A DNA stretch of 64,000 nt from an uncultured Mycoplasma sp. (GTDB lineage Bacteria > Bacillota_I > Bacilli_A > RF39 > UBA660): NCBI GenBank assembly GCA_946554525.1, contig CAMNSE010000002.1, forward strand, positions 14,001-78,000, given 5' to 3'. The notes under the pieces were generated by a model, which made no database searches, had not been told where the DNA came from, and saw nothing but the letters and a program-made list of their open reading frames with translations. The position numbers were made by a program, and so were the translations under genes. This document shows, in pieces, positions 57,497 to 64,000 of this stretch. The stretch's first letter is position 1; each line of letters starts with the position of its first letter.

Positions 57497-57898
57497 ATTT
57501 AATAAATCAATTTTAAATTTATCTTTTGTAGCATTTGCTTTAGAAATCATAATACCTTTATAAGTTGTAAGTTCACTCATGTGTCCCTCAAGTAAAATAT
57601 CTGTTGGAGTAATGGTATCTAGCATAACTGTTCCTTCTTTTTCATATACAGTATAATATAATTTTATTTCTCCATGTACTTGAGCAAACATTTTATCACT
57701 AGGCAATTTAAGTTCATACTTAAGTGTTCCTTCTTTTTTATTTGTACTAACACATTCTCCTACAAACTTTCCATTTCTTAAAGCAGGATAATAATCAAAA
57801 TTTAGTTTCTTGAAAGCTAACATATTGTATTTTTTTAATGCTCTTTCTAATTTTTTAAACTCATTTTCATTAATATAATCTAAAACATAACCATTCAT
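57476..57898 (-). CDS. hypothetical protein (140 aa), monocistronic
   Basis: A consensus promoter, SD GGGGG and its own terminator. No secure motif. Confidence 0.5.
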   Translation of the reverse strand: MNGYVLDYINENEFKKLERALKKYNMLAFKKLNFDYYPALRNGKFVGECVSTNKKEGTLKYELKLPSDKMFAQVHGEIKLYYTVYEKEGTVMLDTITPTDILLEGHMSELTTYKGIMISKANATKDKFKIDLLNMLQSNK

Positions 57899-57928
57899 AA
57901 TGTAACCCCCTATTTCAATTACAAGTTA

Positions 57929-57957
57929 ATTATAGCACGTTTTAATCTTTTTGTCAA
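57929..57957 (-). promoter_or_regulatory. perfect consensus sigma-A promoter (TTGACA-17 nt-TATAAT)
   Basis: On the minus strand, TTGACA at 57957-57952 and TATAAT at 57934-57929. Confidence 0.7.
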
Positions 57958-58052
57958 ATCGACGTAAATTTTTCGATAAATTTCTATTTATATATTGACT
58001 ATATTTAATTTTTGTTATAGTTTATTCAAAATTTAAAACAGAAGATTGACTG

Positions 58053-59144
58053 CTAAACATTTTCGTTATTCTGCACTGAAGGGATAGTAGTTCCACCAAT
58101 GCTAAAACCACTATCTCCTAAGCCTTCTACATCATTTGGCATTACAATAGAACTAGCATCAGGAATATCAGGTAATGATGGTTCAATTGATTCAGTAATA
58201 ATAGGTTTCGGTTCTTCTTTTGGAGCTTCTTCTACAATATTCATTTTTTTATTATAAAAACTTATAACTTCTTTTAAGCTCGGAATAGACGACCTACCTC
58301 CCATTTTACCAACCGACAATCCAGCAGCAATATTAGAATACATAATAGACTTTTCTAAATCAAATCCATTTGCCATACTATAAGAGAATGCACCATGAAA
58401 TATATCTCCAGAACAACTAGGATCAACAACGTTTATTTTAATTCCTGGCATAACTTTAATTTCTCCATTAATTGTATACATAGCACCCATATTTTCTAAA
58501 GTTACAATAATCTCATTATTTGGATAGCGGTTTTTTAATTTTTTATAGCATTCTACAAGAGTTATAGAGTTTCCAAAATCGATTTTAATTCCACTTACTG
58601 CTTCAGCAAAGCCCTTAGAACATACAATATATTTTACATATTTACAAAGTTCAAGCAAATCTTTATCTACTCTTCCAGCATCTAAAACACTAATTGCACT
58701 TGGATATTTATTTAAAGCATTAATTGTAGCGCTATATTCCTTTCCATCGGAAAATATCAAGTCCGGAGTAATACTATATTCATATTTTTTTAAATTTGGC
58801 TGCGTTTCGTTAACTACTTCAAATTTAGTTCTAGAACCACGCTTTTTATTTACAAGTGTAAACGATAGAGACGTACCTACATCATATGAAGTTTCCATAT
58901 ATTCTGTTCTAACCATAGCTTGTTCTAATTCTTTTTTAATTTTGTTTCCATAATCATCTGAACCAATAACACTTTGGATATATGAAACTTCTCCCCATCT
59001 ACTCAAAAGATACGCAACATTAGAAGCGGTGCCTCCACCAGTTTCTATCTTTTCTTTTAATAAATATTTTGTACCCTCAACCGGATAATCATCCACAGGA
59101 CAAGTAATATCATAACTTGATTTTCCAATACTTAGTATAGTCAT
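58053..59144 (-). CDS. PfkB-family (ribokinase-like) kinase with a roughly 70-aa Pro/Glu/Ser-rich C-terminal tail
   Basis: GGTASNVAYLLSRWG and DPSCSGDIFHGAF motifs. The ATG at 59144 follows AGAAGGGA. The tail reads EEAPKEEPKPIITESIEPSLPDIPD... Confidence 0.75.
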   Translation of the reverse strand: MTILSIGKSSYDITCPVDDYPVEGTKYLLKEKIETGGGTASNVAYLLSRWGEVSYIQSVIGSDDYGNKIKKELEQAMVRTEYMETSYDVGTSLSFTLVNKKRGSRTKFEVVNETQPNLKKYEYSITPDLIFSDGKEYSATINALNKYPSAISVLDAGRVDKDLLELCKYVKYIVCSKGFAEAVSGIKIDFGNSITLVECYKKLKNRYPNNEIIVTLENMGAMYTINGEIKVMPGIKINVVDPSCSGDIFHGAFSYSMANGFDLEKSIMYSNIAAGLSVGKMGGRSSIPSLKEVISFYNKKMNIVEEAPKEEPKPIITESIEPSLPDIPDASSIVMPNDVEGLGDSGFSIGGTTIPSVQNNENV

Positions 59145-59201
59145 AATAAAATCCCTTCTATTCTTATTTAATGATAACACATTTTTATAAAAAAAAAAAG
59201 A

Positions 59202-60953
59202 CTATTCTAAAATAGCCTTAATTCTTCTTACACCAGCACTAGAAGCCTCTTCTTTTATTATTTTAAAAGTACCTAGTTCACTTGTATTTTTAACATGTGG
59301 GCCTCCACATATTTCTTTTGAAACATCACCAATAGAATAAACATTTACAATATCAGCATATTTTTCAATAAACATAGCTTCTGCACCACTTTTTACTGCT
59401 TCTTCTTTCGACATTGTTTCCATAGTAACAGGTAAGCTTTCTTTTATCCATTTGTTTACTAAATCTTCAGTTTGCTTTTTCTCTTCATCAGTAAGTTTGT
59501 GATCACATGAGAAGTCAAAGCGCATTCTCTCTGCAGTAATATTGCTTCCCTTTTGGTGAACATTTTTATCAATTACAATTTTTAAAGCAGCATTAAGTAA
59601 ATGTGTTGCGGTGTGATATTTAGTCTCTTCTTCTCCATTTGATGCTAATCCACCTTTAAACTTACCTTGTGATGATGTTCTTGATAATTCTTGATGTGCC
59701 TTAAATTTTTCATTAAATCCCACAATATCAACTTTTAAATTATGTTCGTTTGCCATTTCTTCTGTAAGCTCAATAGGAAACCCATATGTATCATATAATT
59801 TAAAAGCATTATCTTTATCAATCGTATCTCCACTAATATAAGATAACATTTTATCAAACTCTTTTAATCCTTTTTCTAATGTTCTATTAAACTTAATACT
59901 TTCATTTTTTAATACCTCTAAAACTATTTCTTTATTTTCTTTTATTTCAGTATAGTAATTTTCATATTTTTTAATTACTTCTAAAGCAATAGTTTCTAAC
60001 CAATTACTATTCATATCTATATCAAGCTTTTTAGCATGTCTAATTGCACGTCTAATTAATCTTCTTAAAATATATCCTTGGTCAGTATTACTTGGTTTAA
60101 TTCCAGCATAATCAGCACTTATAAAGACGCTAGTACGAATATGATCTGCAATAATACGCATGCTTTCTTCATTTCCTTCATAAGTTTTTTTACTAACACG
60201 TTCAATTGCCTCGATAATTTCTTTCCAAATACTAGTTTTATAATTATCGTCAACACCTTCTAGAACTGCAACAACACGCTCTAATCCCATTCCTGTATCG
60301 ACATTTTTTTGAGCTAATTCTGTAACTTTACCGTCTTCCCCTTTATAATATTCCATAAAAACATTATTCCAAATTTCAACCCAGCGCTCATCTTTAGGAT
60401 CAAACTTTTCTGGAACCTTATCATTACTTCTAAAATAGAAAATTTCCGTATCTCCTCCACATGGACCAGTTTCACCTGCGATCCAAAAATTATCTTCTAC
60501 GCCAAGATAAGCAATTCTAGTATCTGCAATGCCTAATTCTTTCCAAATAGAAGCTGCTACTTCATCACGTGGAATGTCTTCATTTCCGCAAAACACAGTT
60601 ACAGCAAGTTTTTCTGATGGAATATTAAGAACTTTTGTTAAAAATTCAAAACTAAAACTAATACTCTCCTTCTTAAAGTAATCTCCCAAGCTCCAGTTTC
60701 CTAACATTTCAAAGAAAGTGTGATGGGTTTTATCTCCAATAGATTCTAAATCAGTCAGTCTAACACACTTTTGATAATCACAAAGCCTTGTTCCTTCAGG
60801 ATGTTTCTTTCCAAGTAAATATGGAATTAATGGTTGCATTCCTGCCGTATTAAATAAAACACTAGGATCATTTTCTGGGATAAGAGGAGCACTAGGAATT
60901 TGAACATGCCCCTTACTTATAAAATAATTTATAAATTCATCTTTTAGATTCAT
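59202..60953 (-). CDS. alaS: alanine--tRNA ligase, short form (catalytic + tRNA-recognition + editing domains; no C-Ala domain)
   Basis: FISKGH...NDPSVLFNTAGMQP, HHTFFEMLGNWSLGDYFK, editing-domain HTATHLL and ICGGPHV. The ORF ends at 583 aa. Confidence 0.8.
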   Translation of the reverse strand: MNLKDEFINYFISKGHVQIPSAPLIPENDPSVLFNTAGMQPLIPYLLGKKHPEGTRLCDYQKCVRLTDLESIGDKTHHTFFEMLGNWSLGDYFKKESISFSFEFLTKVLNIPSEKLAVTVFCGNEDIPRDEVAASIWKELGIADTRIAYLGVEDNFWIAGETGPCGGDTEIFYFRSNDKVPEKFDPKDERWVEIWNNVFMEYYKGEDGKVTELAQKNVDTGMGLERVVAVLEGVDDNYKTSIWKEIIEAIERVSKKTYEGNEESMRIIADHIRTSVFISADYAGIKPSNTDQGYILRRLIRRAIRHAKKLDIDMNSNWLETIALEVIKKYENYYTEIKENKEIVLEVLKNESIKFNRTLEKGLKEFDKMLSYISGDTIDKDNAFKLYDTYGFPIELTEEMANEHNLKVDIVGFNEKFKAHQELSRTSSQGKFKGGLASNGEEETKYHTATHLLNAALKIVIDKNVHQKGSNITAERMRFDFSCDHKLTDEEKKQTEDLVNKWIKESLPVTMETMSKEEAVKSGAEAMFIEKYADIVNVYSIGDVSKEICGGPHVKNTSELGTFKIIKEEASSAGVRRIKAILE

Positions 60954-60955
60954 TT

Positions 60956-61483
60956 TTACTTCTCACTTTCTATAAATTTAATTACCTTATTGTCTAATGT
61001 ATTTAAATCATCATTAGCAATTGTAATATCAAAATTATTATAACTCTCCAGCGCAGTTTCTGTAATATGCATTTGTTCATCTACCGATAACTTGCTAGGT
61101 GAAAATTGGTTTTCTACATAAATGGAATAAACTGGGCTATATACCTTTTTAAATTCATCAATTTCTTGAGGTAATCTAACATCAGCAATTATTACAACGT
61201 CAAAATACAAATTATATACCTGGATATCTTGCATCATACGATCAATAAAAAATCTAGGCATATCCATATTATCACGAATTGTTACTCCAATATCTTGTAA
61301 AAATTTTCGGGGTTTAGGATCATTTCCTTCCCAGCCTAAAACTTCTTTTGCATACATTTTAGCATATTTACTAAATTCGGTAATAATTGGTTTCTTTCCT
61401 ATAGACAAGTAATATTCTTTTATAATATTTGCCACTTTTCCTTTTCCAGAACCAGATTTACCCGCTACTAAATATATTTCCAT
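60956..61483 (-). CDS. P-loop kinase, deoxynucleotide-monophosphate-kinase-like
   Basis: Walker A GKSGSGKG. The pattern RKFLQDIGVTIRDN...FFIDRM recalls dNMP kinases. The ATG at 61483 follows AGGTGA. Its stop lies 2 nt before the alaS ATG. Confidence 0.5.
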   Translation of the reverse strand: MEIYLVAGKSGSGKGKVANIIKEYYLSIGKKPIITEFSKYAKMYAKEVLGWEGNDPKPRKFLQDIGVTIRDNMDMPRFFIDRMMQDIQVYNLYFDVVIIADVRLPQEIDEFKKVYSPVYSIYVENQFSPSKLSVDEQMHITETALESYNNFDITIANDDLNTLDNKVIKFIESEK

Positions 61484-61590
61484 TAATATCACCTATATAA
61501 GATTATATCATTATTATCAGAAAAAAAAAAGAAGAACCCTCTAATTTTTAAGAACTTTATCCCAAGTTAGATTTATATTATATATAATCT

Positions 61591-61618
61591 AAAATAAAAA
61601 CTACCTTAATTTAGGTAG
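61591..61618 (-). terminator. terminator after rplT
   Basis: On the minus strand, CUACCU-aaauua-AGGUAG followed by UUUUUAUUUU. Confidence 0.7.
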
Positions 61619-61627
61619 CTATTATAT

Positions 61628-62224
61628 TTACTTTAAATTTTTTAAAAGTTCATCTTTTTTCATAGTGCTATATCCTTTAACACCTTGTTCCTTAGCTACA
61701 GCTTTAAGTTCAGCTAAAGTCATAGTACTATAATCTTTTTTAGATTCAACCTTTACTTCTTTTTTTGCTTCTGCTTTAGATGATTTAGTCTCTTTTGTTT
61801 GAGTCTCTTTCTTTTCTAAAGTTTTTGCAGTTTTAACTTCTTTTTTAGCTTCAGTTTTAACAACTTTTCCATTTAATGCATCATTACTAACTTTTACAAG
61901 TTCTGCAAATGCTGATGAATCATTAATAGCCATTTCGCTTAGCATCTTACGATTAATTTCAATTCCAGCTTTTGCTAAACCATTCATAAATTTAGAATAA
62001 CTGATATTATTTAAACGACATGCAGCATTAATTCTTGTTATCCATAGTTTACGGAAATTTCTTTTATTTTGTTTTCTGTCACGATAAGCATATGCGCCAC
62101 TATGAAATACTTGCTCTTGCGCTGTTTTATATAATCTATGTTTGCTTCCAAAATAACCTTTAGCTTCTTTTAAAACTTTTCTTCTACGTGTTTTAGAAAC
62201 AGTTCCACCTTTAACTCTTGTCAT
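61628..62224 (-). CDS. rplT: 50S ribosomal protein L20 with an 80-aa C-terminal extension
   Basis: Residues 1-118 form a canonical L20 (MTRVKGG...[11 protein letters not shown]...). Residues 119-198 are Lys/Glu/Thr-rich and end [32 protein letters not shown]. Confidence 0.9.
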   Translation of the reverse strand: MTRVKGGTVSKTRRRKVLKEAKGYFGSKHRLYKTAQEQVFHSGAYAYRDRKQNKRNFRKLWITRINAACRLNNISYSKFMNGLAKAGIEINRKMLSEMAINDSSAFAELVKVSNDALNGKVVKTEAKKEVKTAKTLEKKETQTKETKSSKAEAKKEVKVESKKDYSTMTLAELKAVAKEQGVKGYSTMKKDELLKNLK

Positions 62225-62243
62225 TGTATTACCCTCCTATTTA

Positions 62244-62438
62244 TTAGATAACAGATTTTAATCTGCTAGCTTCTCCTTTTCCTAATATTCCTTTATTTCT
62301 TCTTTGACGTACTTGTTTAGAAGAATCCTTATTTGTTTTATGATTACCATTAGACTTCTTATAAGTTAAAGTCCCATTCTTTTTCTTTGTTAAAACTTTG
62401 CTACTTGCTTTATGAGTTTTTTGTTTACACTTTGCCAT
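62244..62438 (-). CDS. rpmI: 50S ribosomal protein L35
   Basis: 64 aa, basic, lying between infC and rplT. Confidence 0.88.
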   Translation of the reverse strand: MAKCKQKTHKASSKVLTKKKNGTLTYKKSNGNHKTNKDSSKQVRQRRNKGILGKGEASRLKSVI

Positions 62439-62461
62439 ATTTCTTTCCTCCTACTTATTTT

Positions 62462-62986
62462 TTATTTTTTTGGTGCGAGCATCATAAACATTTGTCTACC
62501 TTCAAGCTTAGGTTCCGCTTCAATCGTTGAAACTTCGCTTAATGCATCAGCAAAACGAAGTAAAACATCTTTACCTAATTCTGGTCTAGCCATTTGACGG
62601 CCCTTAAAACGAATAAATGCTTTGATTTTATGACCTTTTACAAGATAATCTTTAGCATTTCTAACACGAGTTTCAAAATCATGAATATCAATTGTCGTAG
62701 ATAAACGATATTCTTTTAATTCTTTATTCGTTTCTCTTTGCTTCTTTTGAGCTTCTTTTAATTTTTTTTGACGTTCATAACGATACTTGTTATAATCCAT
62801 TACTTTTGCAACAGACATTTTATCGTTTTCATTCATTAAAACTAAATCAAGTCCAGCATATCTTGCTAGCGTTAAAGCATCTTCTAATTTTTTTTGGCCT
62901 AATTGTTCTCCATTAGGACCAATTACCATTAATTCCGGAACTCTAATCTGCTCATTAATCAGTAACTCCTTATTTACACTTGCTAT
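62462..62986 (-). CDS. infC: translation initiation factor IF-3, probable non-canonical AUA start
   Basis: The reading frame stays open upstream of the track's Met. GGAGG lies 9 nt before the ATA at 62986-62984, giving (M)ASVNKELLINEQIRVPELMVIGPNGEQLG, a normal IF3 N-terminus. Confidence 0.8.
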   Translation of the reverse strand: MASVNKELLINEQIRVPELMVIGPNGEQLGQKKLEDALTLARYAGLDLVLMNENDKMSVAKVMDYNKYRYERQKKLKEAQKKQRETNKELKEYRLSTTIDIHDFETRVRNAKDYLVKGHKIKAFIRFKGRQMARPELGKDVLLRFADALSEVSTIEAEPKLEGRQMFMMLAPKK

Positions 62987-63132
62987 GTTTAAGCACCTCC
63001 ATATAAATTAAAAAGGTAGAATATCTATTATTCCACCTTAAAGACATACTAATAAATTAAATTATTTTATGGCTTTTTACCTATGAACTTCGCTCATCAG
63101 GTGGAATAAAATTCGCTTTCCTTTTTCATTTC
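62987..63132 (-). promoter_or_regulatory. L20 leader-type attenuator upstream of infC-rpmI-rplT
   Basis: A roughly 146-nt leader with a terminator hairpin GGUGGAAUA-auaga-UAUUCUACC followed by UUUUUAAUUU (63011-63037) just before the infC SD. The position matches the Firmicute L20 leader. Confidence 0.55.
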
Positions 63133-63138
63133 TCTAAC

Positions 63139-63168
63139 ATTATATAACTATTATATGCTTTTTGTCAA
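63139..63168 (-). promoter_or_regulatory. promoter of the infC operon (TTGACA-18 nt-TATAAT)
   Basis: On the minus strand, TTGACA at 63168-63163 and TATAAT at 63144-63139. Confidence 0.55.
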
Positions 63169-63182
63169 GCAATATTAATTAA

Positions 63183-63617
63183 CTAGTTTAATCTTTCTCT
63201 TACTAACGAACTAACTAGCGACATATCTGCATTAGTAATTTTGGCATTTAATTCCTTCATAATCATACCCATATCCTTCATACTTGTTGGATTCAAAGCT
63301 ACAAATACTTCATCAATTACTTTGATGATCTCTTCTTTACTCATTTCTTCTGGTAAATAAGCGCTTAATACTTCAATCTCTTTTTTTAATGTACTAACTT
63401 CATCTAACTTATCATATTTTTCAAATTCAGAAATTGAATCTTTTCTTTGTTTTACTTGTCTTTTTATTACATTAACAACATCTTCATCTGTTAAATCACG
63501 TTTATTTTTAATTGATTCAAGTTGAAGTGCGCTTTTAAGCATTCTTAAAACTGATAGTTTAAATTTATCACCAGTTTTCATCGCATTTTTTAAATCTTCA
63601 GCTATCCTATTGTTCAT
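63183..63617 (-). CDS. yqeY: GatB/YqeY-domain protein
   Basis: IAEDLKNAMKTGDKFKLSVLRMLKSAL... It follows rpsU, as in Bacillus. Confidence 0.85.
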   Translation of the reverse strand: MNNRIAEDLKNAMKTGDKFKLSVLRMLKSALQLESIKNKRDLTDEDVVNVIKRQVKQRKDSISEFEKYDKLDEVSTLKKEIEVLSAYLPEEMSKEEIIKVIDEVFVALNPTSMKDMGMIMKELNAKITNADMSLVSSLVRERLN

Positions 63618-63629
63618 TATTCTTCACCC

Positions 63630-63818
63630 TTAATAGTTATGATTGTGCTTTTTAGCATTTCTCATTTGTTCTTTCTTTTCATTTCTTCTCTTAACGCCAG
63701 GTTTTTCATAATGCTTTCTTTTTTTCAATTCTGAAGGGACACCGCTTCTTGCAACTTTTACTTTGAATTTTTTTAAAGCAACATCTACGTTTCCATTTTG
63801 AACTACTACTTTAGTCAT
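63630..63818 (-). CDS. rpsU: 30S ribosomal protein S21
   Basis: The ATG at 63818 follows GGGAGGG. The sequence is MTKVVVQNGNVDVALKKFK...KRKHYEKPGVKRR. Confidence 0.9.
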   Translation of the reverse strand: MTKVVVQNGNVDVALKKFKVKVARSGVPSELKKRKHYEKPGVKRRNEKKEQMRNAKKHNHNY

Positions 63819-63851
63819 TGTATAAATCCCTCCCTTCATTTACTAACATTG

Positions 63852-63880
63852 ATTATAACACCATTATTTTTGATTAGCAA
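63852..63880 (-). promoter_or_regulatory. promoter of rpsU-yqeY (TTGCTA-17 nt-TGT-TATAAT)
   Basis: On the minus strand, TTGCTA at 63880-63875 and TATAAT at 63857-63852 preceded by TGT. Confidence 0.6.
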
Positions 63881-63890
63881 GCAATTTTAT

Positions 63891-63919
63891 AAAATAAAAT
63901 AGGATTTTTCCCCTATTTT
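63891..63919 (-). terminator. terminator of the upstream (partial) gene
   Basis: On the minus strand, AAAAUAGG-8 nt-CCUAUUUU followed by AUUUUAUUUU. Confidence 0.7.
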
Positions 63920-64000
63920 AACCTATATTATTTACAATATAAGATGAATCAGCAATTTTTAATTCTTTTAGCTCTTCTTTTATATCTTTTTTAATCACAT
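63918..64000 (-). CDS. 3' end of an unidentified gene (runs off the right edge)
   Basis: An open minus-strand frame reads ...VIKKDIKEELKELKIADSSYIVNNIG* and ends inside the terminator. It is too short to identify. Confidence 0.35.
   Translation of the reverse strand, partial: VIKKDIKEELKELKIADSSYIVNNIG

Overview
Visibly AT-rich sequence (G+C not computed), standard genetic code: TGA is used as a stop, for example at the end of rarA. Nearly all of it is densely packed housekeeping genes, mostly on the minus strand. It reads as a Gram-positive (Bacillota) chromosome from a spore-forming or spore-former-derived lineage. It has T-box leaders, an L20 leader, GerE, SpoIIIAH-like, GerM-like, YjcZ-like, SpoVB-like and SpoIIID-like genes. 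It also shares Bacillus-like synteny: comN/spoVB, relA-dtd, hisS-aspS, tcdA, rarA, comEA-comEC-holA, lepA-hemW, infC-rpmI-rplT and rpsU-yqeY.

Content:
- Translation genes: hisS, aspS, asnS, gatCAB, serS, a short alaS, infC, rpmI, rplT, rpsU, lepA, trmD, rimM, def, dtd.
- Chromosome and cell-cycle genes: smc, rnc, a xer-family recombinase, rarA, holA, rnhC, an ftsW-family gene.
- A SUF Fe-S operon without sufB.
- Four tRNAs: Lys-Glu-Ile on the minus strand and Arg on the plus strand.
- Two T-box riboswitches, an L20 leader and a candidate 6S RNA.

I found no CRISPR array, transposase, prophage or recognisable defence island, and no clear-cut new multi-gene system. The best leads are:
1. The segment 56.6-61.5 kb: a dNMP-kinase-like P-loop gene, a 583-aa AlaRS lacking the C-Ala domain, a PfkB kinase with a disordered tail, and two orphan genes.
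2. Ribosomal protein L20 with an 80-aa C-terminal extension ending in a Rho_N/HeH-like motif.
3. A sufB-less SUF operon with a half-size SufB/D protein.
4. A tandem SpoIIID-like protein translationally coupled to lepA and hemW.
5. An unannotated 40-aa Asn/Arg/Ser microprotein.
6. A perfect 23-bp palindrome carrying back-to-back divergent promoters.
7. A T-box with an Asp (GAC) specifier in front of a hisS-led six-gene operon.

All calls rest on reading the sequence and the ORF translations by eye. No searches or folding programs were run.
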